IMG/VR virus record: IMGVR_UViG_3300028127_000003
DNA length: 64,000 nt
Direction: 5' to 3' (one strand)
Origin: a virus
How positions within the stretch are numbered: the stretch's first letter is position 1; each line of letters begins with the position of its first letter. The notes under the pieces were generated by a model that was not told where the DNA came from, ran no database searches, and worked only from the letters and a program-made list of their open reading frames with translations. This document shows positions 1-8,262 of this stretch, in pieces. The translations under genes and the position numbers were made by a program.

Positions 1-213
1 TGCAACTGTTGTCGATACTCTCCAGTATGCATCCTTTGGAGTTTCTCCTTCTAGTAAATATCCCTTAGAAACAGTTTTTACATAAACTTCAGTATTAGCC
101 CATACTGGGAAGTCTACTCCTAATTTCCATCCTTCAGATTCTCCGAAGTTTCTTTCTTTTCCCTTTTCATTGTATTCGGGGTTTGGTGCGTCGTTGTAAT
201 TTCTTATCATCAT
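1..213 (-). CDS. nrdA: Ribonucleotide reductase class Ia alpha subunit, 5' part (runs off the window)
   Basis: Hand translation from ATG at 213/210: MMIRNYNDAPNPEYNEKGKERNFGESEGWKLGVDFPVWANTEVYVKTVSKGYLLEGETPKDAYWRVSTTVA. The GYLL.GETP.DAY.RV pattern is an NrdA N-terminus, and it lies directly downstream of nrdB. Confidence 0.8.
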   Translation of the reverse strand, partial: MMIRNYNDAPNPEYNEKGKERNFGESEGWKLGVDFPVWANTEVYVKTVSKGYLLEGETPKDAYWRVSTTVA

Positions 214-240
214 ATATTTTATATTAGAATTATTGATTTG

Positions 241-1248
241 TTATGAAAACAAATCGTCTTCATCCCAGTTTTCATCTTCGCCTGCTTTAGAATAATCAGT
301 AGGTCTTACTGCAAAGAAATCCGTATGTGTATGTCCACCTGTTAAGTGATAGAACCAATCTAATTCTGAAGCACTTTCTTCATTGTATTCAAAGATAGAT
401 TGATATCCTATTTCTGCTAATTTTTCATTAGCTCTTTTCTTAATAAATTCTTTAAGATCTTCTTTCTTAAGATTTTCTAAATCTCCCATTTCAAACATCT
501 TATCAATAAACTTCATTTCCATTTCAACCATTAACTTAGCTGCTTCTTCTACTTGAGATTGAACTGAATCTCTAAGATCAGTATATTCTTCGCACATGTG
601 GTTAAATAATTGACAACCCATTTTTGAATGAAGAGATTCATCCCTAACTGACCACTTCATTTGTTGTCCGATTCCCTTAAGTTTATTTCTCATTTGAAAA
701 GAATAAAGAACGGCGAATGAAGAGTATAATGCAACTCCTTCTCCAAATGCACTGAATATTGCTAAAGATCTAGCAACATCCTTCCTAGCTGTTGGATTTT
801 TCAAAAGGTCTTCATGAGTATATTCTGCTTCTGTATTCATTAAATAATCGAATCTTTCTGCTGTTGTTGGTTCATGTAAGAATGCTTCAAAATCTTCAAG
901 GCCTAATGTTTCATTTAAATAAGAGTAAGCGGTTGCATGAATAGTTTCTTGAGAACCAAACAACATTGCCATGTGTTTGATTTCCCATTTAGGAAACCAA
1001 TCAGTAACCATCCCTGTCCAATAATCTGAAACTGCACATTCAGTTTGTGCAAACCCCAAAAGAATATTTCCAACTAAATTCTTTTCAGAATCTGTAAGTG
1101 TTTCATTCCAATCCTTGACATCGCCTTGCATTGAAATTTCGGTATGTAACCAAAACGCCTGTGCTTGTTTTAACCATCCTTCAGTATAATATACTGGATA
1201 TTCAAACGGTTTGTATTCTATTCTTTCTTTAAATATTGATGGTTTCAT
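241..1248 (-). CDS. nrdB: Ribonucleotide reductase class Ia beta subunit
   Basis: Ferritin-like di-iron motifs QETIHATAYS, GEGVALYSSF and VRDESLH; N-terminal KPFEYP and FWLHTEI; C-terminal DFF..RPTDYSK. Confidence 0.95.
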   Translation of the reverse strand: MKPSIFKERIEYKPFEYPVYYTEGWLKQAQAFWLHTEISMQGDVKDWNETLTDSEKNLVGNILLGFAQTECAVSDYWTGMVTDWFPKWEIKHMAMLFGSQETIHATAYSYLNETLGLEDFEAFLHEPTTAERFDYLMNTEAEYTHEDLLKNPTARKDVARSLAIFSAFGEGVALYSSFAVLYSFQMRNKLKGIGQQMKWSVRDESLHSKMGCQLFNHMCEEYTDLRDSVQSQVEEAAKLMVEMEMKFIDKMFEMGDLENLKKEDLKEFIKKRANEKLAEIGYQSIFEYNEESASELDWFYHLTGGHTHTDFFAVRPTDYSKAGEDENWDEDDLFS

Positions 1249-1291
1249 AAATTATGTTTTCTTAAATTTTTTAACTAGTTCCTAAAGTCTA

Positions 1292-1320
1292 CAAAAGACC
1301 AACTGGTAACAGATTGGTCT
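1292..1320 (-). terminator. Hairpin (terminator-like or nrdB leader structure)
   Basis: AGACCAA-N11-TTGGTCT inverted repeat followed by TTTT on the minus strand, between the pol stop and the nrdB start. Confidence 0.45.
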
Positions 1321-1376
1321 CGTTAGTAGTCTATATATTCATGTAGAATAATGGACTGCCTCTCGAGACAAAAAGA

Positions 1377-2774
1377 TTATCTTAATCTTTTTTTAAGTCT
1401 GTCGGCTTTAGTGAAATATTCGTATGAGGTTTGTTTATAATCTTTACGCTGATCATATAAATCTCCTAGAATTTTCTTTAACATTGAAGTCTCTTGTTTA
1501 TAGACTACTCCGTTTTCACAAACGATTACTTCTTTATCCTTTCTTCGCTCAGCGACTTCATGCTTTGCTACCTTTTCAACAAAGGCGTCAGGTGAAATAT
1601 TAAATTGTCTCATTATAGAAGGATATAGTGATGCAAAGTCAAATGCACTTACACCTGCATAATATCCAGTAATGGGTTCTTTTACATAAGCACCGGCATA
1701 TTGTGCATTCTTTTCACTGTCTTCCTTCTTTTCAGATCCAATTCGTTTACCTTCTTCTGATAATTTTCGTGCAATCAGAGATTCTGTAACTGCCACTGGC
1801 GATGCTGCTTTATATAGAGGCATCTTTGTGATGTTTGCCAAGGTTAAAAGAACTTCCATCGATTTCAACTTTTGATCTATATAATAAACCAATACGGAAT
1901 CGACTACATTGTAGTAAATGTATTTTACAAAATCATCCCTATATAAATCCTGTAGAGATCCTGTAAATTTAATCTTGTTAACATTAAGAACTTGACCTGA
2001 GACATAATCAAGTGCATTAGATTCTTTTACCTTTACACTTCTATCATACTTATCATATAATTGCATGTAATCTAAGATTCCAATATGTAAGGGTCTGCTG
2101 TCATTTCTATCCAAAGATTGTGTCATAGAAACTTCAGCAATATCAATTTGTAATCTTTTACATCTGTTTACAATATATTGCCAATCATAATTAATAAAGT
2201 TCCAGCCTGTCATCATTGGAAACTTAGGTAGGAACTTCATTAAGAACGTATAGACCATGTCATATTCTGACTCGAATTTCTGATATTTGAATTCCCAATC
2301 CTGATCAAAGTCTTTGAAATACTTATTAGTATCGTCTTCAATTTTTTGGATGCTTTTAGAATCCATATCTTCCAATCCTAATACAATAGCTTTATGTTCT
2401 GGTGTAATTATGGAAAATGATAGGATTCTACTTTTAGCTTCTTCAGCTTTTGGAAAGCCATCTACGATTTCAGTTTCAATATCGACGAAGTATGTTTTAG
2501 GCATATTGTATGCAAAGATTTCTTCTTTATCCTTTGCGGGTAATGAATCTAAGAAATAAGTTAAAGAAAACTTATTATATCTTCTTGCACTTCCTAGTTT
2601 GACTGATCTGCCATCCCAGTTTTTATGATCTAGACTTCTGCCTTTATCATTATCATTACATACATACCAGTTCTGATACTGTGAAATTGGATATTGTTTA
2701 AATGCTACTTTACCTTCGGTGTCGTAGTAAGAGATGATAACATCCCTGTCTCTCTGTTCAATATCTAATATCAT
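1377..2774 (-). CDS. Family B DNA polymerase, N-terminal subunit of a split enzyme (gp43A-like: exonuclease plus motif A)
   Basis: ExoI YFVDIETE, ExoII GWNFINYDWQY, ExoIII YNVVDS, YAGAYVKEP and motif A DFASLYPSIM. It ends (TAA) just after the first fingers helix QRKDYK; motifs B and C are absent. Confidence 0.85.
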   Translation of the reverse strand: MILDIEQRDRDVIISYYDTEGKVAFKQYPISQYQNWYVCNDNDKGRSLDHKNWDGRSVKLGSARRYNKFSLTYFLDSLPAKDKEEIFAYNMPKTYFVDIETEIVDGFPKAEEAKSRILSFSIITPEHKAIVLGLEDMDSKSIQKIEDDTNKYFKDFDQDWEFKYQKFESEYDMVYTFLMKFLPKFPMMTGWNFINYDWQYIVNRCKRLQIDIAEVSMTQSLDRNDSRPLHIGILDYMQLYDKYDRSVKVKESNALDYVSGQVLNVNKIKFTGSLQDLYRDDFVKYIYYNVVDSVLVYYIDQKLKSMEVLLTLANITKMPLYKAASPVAVTESLIARKLSEEGKRIGSEKKEDSEKNAQYAGAYVKEPITGYYAGVSAFDFASLYPSIMRQFNISPDAFVEKVAKHEVAERRKDKEVIVCENGVVYKQETSMLKKILGDLYDQRKDYKQTSYEYFTKADRLKKRLR

Positions 2775-3241
2775 TAATAGTTATTTTTCTGACGGTTAAC
2801 ATTCTCTTCTGCTTTTGCGAAGTAGTAGTTGTATGCTGTTTTAGCATCTAGCCCAATTGAAGCGGCGTAATTAATAAAGAAGTGTAGAATGTCTACCCAT
2901 TCCATATACAATTCTTTTTTGTCGCCTTCGGACATGTCAGAAATTTTTAACTTATCATACTTAGTGAAGTCTTTTTTCCAGTATTTCCATACTGCATTAC
3001 CACTTCCGTCTTTAATACCGCCTAGAGCATCTGTCATTTCATGAATTTCGTCAACTACTGCATGTGTGTTACAGTGCCAGAAATCCATAATTTCTCGGAT
3101 TGTCATATTATCAAAGTTAAAACCATAAGTCTGCTCTTGCATCTTCTTTTGGTTTTCCATGATATCTGCTAAGTGTGTTGTTGATTGGTCGTAAAAATCT
3201 TTTACTTCTAGATCTTTACATTCGTTGTCAATGTTTGCCAT
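2774..3241 (-). CDS. dCTP/dUTP pyrophosphatase, T4 gp56-like (all-alpha NTP-PPase)
   Basis: DEIHEM..ALG..WKYWK..DMSE.D..E...EWVDILHFFIN..G...AY..Y..K..EN..RQ.NNY closely parallels T4 gp56 (AVWKKWK..EMS.EDQLE..FELVDIFHF..LYYLKN..N..RQDNGY). Confidence 0.85.
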   Translation of the reverse strand: MANIDNECKDLEVKDFYDQSTTHLADIMENQKKMQEQTYGFNFDNMTIREIMDFWHCNTHAVVDEIHEMTDALGGIKDGSGNAVWKYWKKDFTKYDKLKISDMSEGDKKELYMEWVDILHFFINYAASIGLDAKTAYNYYFAKAEENVNRQKNNY

Positions 3242-3270
3242 TTTTTCGCTACTTTTTAATGTTACTTATT

Positions 3271-3299
3271 ATTCTACTTAAAATAATGAATCTGTTTTT
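3271..3299 (-). promoter_or_regulatory. Putative class-2 promoter AAAAAC-N17-TAGAAT
   Basis: Same hexamer spacing as four other copies; sits upstream of gp56 and pol. Confidence 0.55.
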
Positions 3300-4501
3300 A
3301 ATTCTACTGGTTTTTCTACTGATCTTTTATTAACATTGTTAATAGCTTCAAAGAGATCATTGTTAACAACTTCTGGCGCGTTGTGTAATTTAGCTAATCT
3401 TAAAGAGTTTTTTCTAAACTCTTCTCTTCTTTCGTTATTGTTTGCTAATTCTAAAATCTGTGGAATAGAAGCTGCAATATCTTCTTTGTCTACGAAGATT
3501 GCAAAATCTTCAAGTTCTATGAAAGGAACTCCTTCTGTTCTGTGAATAACGTGAGTTCCCCAGTGTTTGTCAAATAGTGGTATAGTTCCCGCTGCAATAA
3601 CCTCACACATTGCATATTCAATCATTGAACCATAGAGTCTTTCTGGTAAGTTAAAGAATTCTGCACCGAACATTGATTTTCCAAGTTCTGCCATTCCTTC
3701 TGCTAAATTATAAGGCCCATACATATACATTCTGTCTTCGACTTGTGGATATGTAACAGGGTTTTTGATTTCATGAACTTCAAAGATATCTTCTCTTAGA
3801 GTTTTTCTATCTTCTTGTAAAAACATAGGAAGAGCTCCAATAGATCTTTCAACTCCTCTACATTCTGTTACGAAATTATTACCTTTCAATAGTTCCATAA
3901 TATCGAACATTCTAAAAGGATCTTTAAATCCAGCAAATCTTCCAAAGTATGTAGTTCTTCTTTCTTGTTCTTCAACTGGAACCACAATATTAGACCATGC
4001 ATCATAGTCATAAGGATTAAGATTCATTTCGATTAATGGAGTATCAGGTGCATGTTCTCTTAATTTATTTGCAAAATTAGATCTTGCAGAATAGTTGAAC
4101 ATAGCGTCCATTGATTTCATGATTTCCCAATACTTATAATTCTTTGCTAAGTTTGCAGTGTTATGATCTAAGCAGTTTCCTATTTTAATAGGATTTTCTA
4201 AACCATAAATACAGTGCTCAATAAAATCTTCGTTGAATTCATCTCCTACTGATTTATGCGGATACGATGTGTAATATACTACATCACTTTTTTCAAGTTC
4301 TTTAGCGATATTAGGAATATCCTTTCTTTTAAATTCAGTGCAAACAATATCTGTAGTTTTATGGCGAGGCCATTTCTTTTCTACCGCTGCATAAATCGTG
4401 GCATCATGGCCTTCTTTTATAAGCCAATTATAAAATTCGATTGTGTGTCTTGTGAGTCCACAACCTTCAACTCCTTTTGCTAATACTAATGCTATTTTCA
4501 T
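3278..4501 (-). CDS. DNA alpha-glucosyltransferase homologue (T4 Agt-like GT-B glycosyltransferase)
   Basis: N-terminus MKIALVLAKGVEGCGLTR..E...W.IKEGH mirrors T4 Agt MRICIFMARGLEGCGVTK..E...W.IKNGH. Also GR...FK..F.MF, CRGVERS, LSKSMFG-type segment and EYAMCEVIAAGTIPLF (T4: EYTHLELGACGTIPVF). Confidence 0.8.
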   Translation of the reverse strand: MKIALVLAKGVEGCGLTRHTIEFYNWLIKEGHDATIYAAVEKKWPRHKTTDIVCTEFKRKDIPNIAKELEKSDVVYYTSYPHKSVGDEFNEDFIEHCIYGLENPIKIGNCLDHNTANLAKNYKYWEIMKSMDAMFNYSARSNFANKLREHAPDTPLIEMNLNPYDYDAWSNIVVPVEEQERRTTYFGRFAGFKDPFRMFDIMELLKGNNFVTECRGVERSIGALPMFLQEDRKTLREDIFEVHEIKNPVTYPQVEDRMYMYGPYNLAEGMAELGKSMFGAEFFNLPERLYGSMIEYAMCEVIAAGTIPLFDKHWGTHVIHRTEGVPFIELEDFAIFVDKEDIAASIPQILELANNNERREEFRKNSLRLAKLHNAPEVVNNDLFEAINNVNKRSVEKPVELKTDSLF

Positions 4502-4851
4502 ATTTGTGATCCGTGTTTTATGTTAAATCCTCCATGTTTTCTGTATGATTGGTCTTCTTCTCCTATTTGTATTTCTCCTTCATATCCTTTTTCAGATGAA
4601 TCAGAATATACGTCCATTTCGGAATAGACTAAATCTCCTAATGCGTTATGTGTTTCTTCGTCATTTACCCCGATATCAGTTCCTACTAATTCGTCCATTC
4701 CTTCCAGCTCCCAATAGTTTTCTGCTAAGTATTGAACGAATTCTTCTTCGGTTGCTCCTTTATAATTAGGGAATTTTTCAGTGTCTAATGTTACGATAGG
4801 AGTTGCTTCGGCAATATATCGATACTCGGTTCTTCTTACCTGTACTTTCAT
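4498..4851 (-). CDS. Hypothetical acidic protein (117 aa)
   Basis: ORF overlaps the agt start and abuts the upstream gene; no motif recognised. Confidence 0.6.
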   Translation of the reverse strand: MKVQVRRTEYRYIAEATPIVTLDTEKFPNYKGATEEEFVQYLAENYWELEGMDELVGTDIGVNDEETHNALGDLVYSEMDVYSDSSEKGYEGEIQIGEEDQSYRKHGGFNIKHGSQI

Positions 4852-5118
4852 TTATTTTCCGTTTTCGTAATTATCTAAACCTTGAATGTATGCTACTGCA
4901 TCTAAGAGATTATCTCTTTTATGATTGTAACTTTCTCTTGAAAACTTAAGAGCAACTAATGCTTTAAACATATCAGCGCCACTTACATCATGGCCTGTCA
5001 TACCTTTAAATATTAGGGCAGCTCTGTCCATGCCTTCTGAAAAAGGACCGTAATTACGATCCGCTTCTTCACTCCTGTTGTTTACAATTTCGTTTGCTTC
5101 TTCTAAGATACTTTTCAT
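4852..5118 (-). CDS. DUF6378-like small helical phage protein (nucleotide-metabolism associated)
   Basis: ILEEANEIV..R...YG.F......A.I.......D....L..LK.SR......DNLLDAVAY pattern. Confidence 0.6.
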   Translation of the reverse strand: MKSILEEANEIVNNRSEEADRNYGPFSEGMDRAALIFKGMTGHDVSGADMFKALVALKFSRESYNHKRDNLLDAVAYIQGLDNYENGK

Positions 5119-5134
5119 AAGAATGTGTTTAATT

Positions 5135-5163
5135 ATTATACTCTATATATGCGTTTTGTTTAC
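5135..5163 (-). promoter_or_regulatory. Putative class-2 promoter GTAAAC-N17-TATAAT
   Basis: Exact 17-nt spacer; upstream of the DUF6378-hyp-agt unit. Confidence 0.6.
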
Positions 5164-5319
5164 GGCTAATTTTTCTAATTTTGATTCTACTAGAATTATT
5201 AGATCTTCAATTCCTTCGTTATACGCGAATTGTGTTTCGTGGTCCATGTTTGCATACTTAATTTCATCTGCTGCATTGGTTAGTAGATTAACCAATACCT
5301 TTACGTCTTCTTTGCTCAT
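5143..5319 (-). CDS. Small hypothetical protein (58 aa, not in the ORF track)
   Basis: Hand translation MSKEDVKVLVNLLTNAADEIKYANMDHETQFAYNEGIEDLIILVESKLEKLAVNKTHI*. It fills the gap between two genes and has an A-rich upstream sequence. Confidence 0.6.
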   Translation of the reverse strand: MSKEDVKVLVNLLTNAADEIKYANMDHETQFAYNEGIEDLIILVESKLEKLAVNKTHI

Positions 5320-5326
5320 CTTTGTT

Positions 5327-6268
5327 TTATTTTAGTAAGTTTTCTATTCCTAATTCTTCGGCGAAAGCAACTGTGATATCCTTTAGCAGCTTTACATTTT
5401 CTTCTGAGAAATCAGTGTTATCAAATTTAAATGAAATTGTTTTATCATTTGCACCTGTGCTTTCTTTTACGAATTCAAAACCTGGAACTTTAGATTTTAT
5501 ACTATCAATTATCTTTCCTGTTTCATCTATGATTCTAGTAAGTCCATGATCTTTAACTAAATATCCTGATATTTTAATTCCAAGGTCATGGTTCTTTTGA
5601 TTAATAACCCATTCTATACCCAATCTAGAACCAGTATAAGCCTTTCCAATATAAAGGTATCTACTGCGGTGTGGTAATTCTTTTCTATTTTTGAATCCCA
5701 TTTCAGATGAAGCGACTTTCATCCATTTTAAACCAAGCTCTTCAAGCGAAGCGAGTTTAACTGAAACCTTTTCCTTCTTTTCTTCTATTCCATATACATC
5801 TGCAAAATAACCTTGATCATTGAACCTTAGATGTATAGCATAAGAATCTTCCATCTTAGAAAATTCATTAAGATAGGGTGCATCGAATTCTTTAAACGCA
5901 ATTGCAAATGAATATACTTGTTCGTAATCCTGTTTAAGTCTATTGGATTTAAGATAGAACTGTTCATGGTGATCATTGTCCCATTTACCCTTTTGAGATT
6001 GACTCATCACTTCAAAATAATACATCTGTCCTTCGTCTTCAAACGTAAGATCAGCTCTTTTGGTTGCCATTCCAATTGTGATAGGTGTTTCTAATTTTCT
6101 GTCTATATCTTCAATGCTGGATAAACCACATGCTTCGATTACAGTGTTCATTTCTTCTTTGCCAAAAAAGGCTTCTACGAATTGAGTTTCTCTATTACAT
6201 TCATAGGCTGAAAATACATCTGTTAATGTGTGGTCGTTGGTTTTAATTCCTTTCGAATATCTTTTCAT
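5327..6268 (-). CDS. Putative PD-(D/E)XK-fold nuclease (NucS/DUF4268-associated-like N-terminal domain)
   Basis: KRADLTF...YYFEV..QS...DNDHHEQ resembles the RADI...IENQ...DHDHLGQ core of that group. Confidence 0.4.
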   Translation of the reverse strand: MKRYSKGIKTNDHTLTDVFSAYECNRETQFVEAFFGKEEMNTVIEACGLSSIEDIDRKLETPITIGMATKRADLTFEDEGQMYYFEVMSQSQKGKWDNDHHEQFYLKSNRLKQDYEQVYSFAIAFKEFDAPYLNEFSKMEDSYAIHLRFNDQGYFADVYGIEEKKEKVSVKLASLEELGLKWMKVASSEMGFKNRKELPHRSRYLYIGKAYTGSRLGIEWVINQKNHDLGIKISGYLVKDHGLTRIIDETGKIIDSIKSKVPGFEFVKESTGANDKTISFKFDNTDFSEENVKLLKDITVAFAEELGIENLLK

Positions 6269-6295
6269 TTATTGCTTTGTTTATTAATTACTATA

Positions 6296-6303
6296 CTAAT
6301 ATA
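6296..6303 (-). promoter_or_regulatory. Putative host-sigma-type element TATATTAG
   Basis: One mismatch to the Bacteroidota -7 element TAnnTTTG. It directly follows a terminator, and the same arrangement occurs at 19854. Confidence 0.35.
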
Positions 6304-6305
6304 AC

Positions 6306-6334
6306 AAAAAAACCCGAGATAAAAAAATCTCGGG
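6306..6334 (-). terminator. Rho-independent terminator
   Basis: Perfect 8-bp stem CCCGAGAT/ATCTCGGG, 6-nt loop, then T7 on the minus strand. Confidence 0.7.
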
Positions 6335-6363
6335 CTGCTTTTTTTCAAAAAAAGTGCAATGTT

Positions 6364-6579
6364 TTACAAATCTTCTGGAAAATACTTGTCAAGTGCTTCT
6401 AACTTATCATCAGCGTCAACTAACATTGATAAAGCTTCTTCTGCATTTTTATAGAAATCACCAGTTGAGTGATCTCCAATACCAGATCCTTTATTTCCTA
6501 AAAGATCTAAAGATAAAAGTGCTTTTGATTTTTCAGCTAAGGCACTAGCTCTTAGCATTTCGATTAATTTCTTATTCAT
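6364..6579 (-). CDS. Small conserved-type phage hypothetical protein (71 aa)
   Basis: GIGDHS..D....EE.L..L.DA.DKL..L..YF pattern recalled from marine phage small proteins; operonic with rmlB. Confidence 0.6.
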   Translation of the reverse strand: MNKKLIEMLRASALAEKSKALLSLDLLGNKGSGIGDHSTGDFYKNAEEALSMLVDADDKLEALDKYFPEDL

Positions 6580-7505
6580 AATTGAGTTTCTAGTAGTTTA
6601 AATGTTTCTTCTTTTAAAAATTCTTCAAAGGATAAAGGGATCATTTCTCCTAAAATAGCATTTACCTTTGAGCTATTAAGTGCGTATCTTCTATCATGTC
6701 CTAGACGGTCTGCTACAAATTCAAATTCAGGAGTTTTGCCCATGATGTTTCCTATCATTTCAATAACTTCTAAATTAGTGTATCTTTCCTCTGAACCAAT
6801 ATTAAATACTTCGTTAATTCGGTCTGACATCATTAAGTTATAAATAACTAAAGTGTTGTCTGTTACGTCCATCCATTCTCTAACTTGCTTTCCATCTCCA
6901 TAAACAGGAATTTTCTTTCCTTCTTTAATAGAGCGCATGATAGTTGGGATAAATTTTTCTTTATGTTGATGAGCACCATAATTGTTACATGTTCTGGTAA
7001 TAATATATGGAAGATCAAATGTTCTGTTAGCTGAAAGGACTAGCATGTCTGATGATGCTTTAGTCGCCGAATAATAAGAAGAAGCTACTAGCGGAAATTC
7101 TTCATCCGCTACTACGTCCTTACTAATGTCGTCCATGTCGCCGTAAACTTCATCTGTAGAAATATGAATAAATTTTCTAAGATTAGGGTTTTGTCTAGCA
7201 CACTCTAAAAGATTGAACGTTCCTTCAACGTTTGTTCTAACGAAAGGTCTTCCGTCTTTAATAGAATTATCTACATGACTCTCAGCTGCGAAGTGAACAA
7301 GGAAATCATATTCTCCTAGATCTTCTACTGTTACTTCGCAAATATCTTTCTGAATTAATGTTACTTTAGTTTTAATGTTATTTGGATTTGCAGCATAAGT
7401 CATTTTATCAACTACTACAATTTCTGCTGTTGGGTTTTTTCTACCAATCGTGTTTACAAATTCAGATCCTATAAATCCAAATCCACCAGTTACTATTATT
7501 CTCAT
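6576..7505 (-). CDS. rmlB: dTDP-glucose 4,6-dehydratase
   Basis: GGFGFIGS, DKMTYAA, FAAESHVDNSI, ISTDEVYG, YSATKA, TRTCNNYG and DRLGHDRRYA motifs. Confidence 0.92.
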   Translation of the reverse strand: MRIIVTGGFGFIGSEFVNTIGRKNPTAEIVVVDKMTYAANPNNIKTKVTLIQKDICEVTVEDLGEYDFLVHFAAESHVDNSIKDGRPFVRTNVEGTFNLLECARQNPNLRKFIHISTDEVYGDMDDISKDVVADEEFPLVASSYYSATKASSDMLVLSANRTFDLPYIITRTCNNYGAHQHKEKFIPTIMRSIKEGKKIPVYGDGKQVREWMDVTDNTLVIYNLMMSDRINEVFNIGSEERYTNLEVIEMIGNIMGKTPEFEFVADRLGHDRRYALNSSKVNAILGEMIPLSFEEFLKEETFKLLETQL

Positions 7506-7996
7506 TTGTTATTAATTATTTTAGCCGCTTCATCAGCTGTTAATGACTTTACGTTTTCTTCTATAATAGAAGGATTCTGTAAGATGGTTTGCTTAGTTAT
7601 TAAATCTTTAATTCTTGTCGTAGACCAATTATGTGATCTAGTTGTATAAATAACCTCAATTGGCATGTGATCTCCTGTGAATCTTTTACCAATGTAATCA
7701 TCTCCTAAAATTCTAACATCTGGTTTATAAAATTCCATTAAGTTAATAAGATCTTCTTCTGTTTGATATGTAACTACTTCGTCTACGTATTTAATAGCCA
7801 TTAAAGTTTTATATCTTTCGTATAATGGAATTACTGGCTTGTATTTAGTAAATCTAGTTTCCGAAGGATCTCTTTGCAGAAATACCATAAAGTAATCACA
7901 GTGTTCTTTTGCTGTTTCGAATGTGTAAATATATCCAGGGTGAAGAAGATCGAAGTTCCCTGCTGTAAATCCTATTTTACCTTTATTTTGATCCAT
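7502..7996 (-). CDS. Cytidylyltransferase-like (TagD/RfaE-type)
   Basis: GFTAGNFDLLHPGY (HxGH variant), ER...L.A.KYVDEV, GDDY, and R.H.WSTT.IK. Confidence 0.85.
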   Translation of the reverse strand: MDQNKGKIGFTAGNFDLLHPGYIYTFETAKEHCDYFMVFLQRDPSETRFTKYKPVIPLYERYKTLMAIKYVDEVVTYQTEEDLINLMEFYKPDVRILGDDYIGKRFTGDHMPIEVIYTTRSHNWSTTRIKDLITKQTILQNPSIIEENVKSLTADEAAKIINNK

Positions 7997-8228
7997 TTAT
8001 TTTATTTTCTTGTAACTTAATTCTGAGCCACAACTGGTGAATAATTATTTCAATAGATTTTTCATCATCTTCTTCAAGTGCAGTGATGATAGTAAAGTTA
8101 TCAACTAATTTTCTAGCTCCATCTAGATGGGAAAGACTAGAACATGAATCAATCACAGTTTCGATTTTCTCTATCGCTTGAATTGACCATGTGTTAAAGT
8201 TTTCGGGTCTGAAGATAATGTTATCCAT
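7983..8228 (-). CDS. Hypothetical protein (81 aa)
   Basis: ORF overlaps the next gene and is preceded by a promoter-like motif. Confidence 0.55.
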   Translation of the reverse strand: MDNIIFRPENFNTWSIQAIEKIETVIDSCSSLSHLDGARKLVDNFTIITALEEDDEKSIEIIIHQLWLRIKLQENKINGSK

Positions 8229-8233
8229 ATTGT

Positions 8234-8262
8234 ATTATACTTAAAAAAACTAAATTGTTTAT
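8234..8262 (-). promoter_or_regulatory. Putative class-2 promoter ATAAAC-N17-TATAAT
   Basis: Exact 17-nt spacer; upstream of the cytidylyltransferase-rmlB unit. Confidence 0.6.

Noticed and set aside
1325-1345. NrdR box upstream of nrdB (CTATATATT core)
   Set aside because: The flanks do not fit the acaCwAtATaTwGtg palindrome; the core is better explained as the AATATATA promoter variant.
1377-1379. Stop-codon reassignment or readthrough explaining the short polymerase
   Set aside because: The stop is TAA and no coding space follows. Other genes are full length in the standard code, and TAG and TGA serve as real stops (uvsW, resolvase, 572-aa gene).
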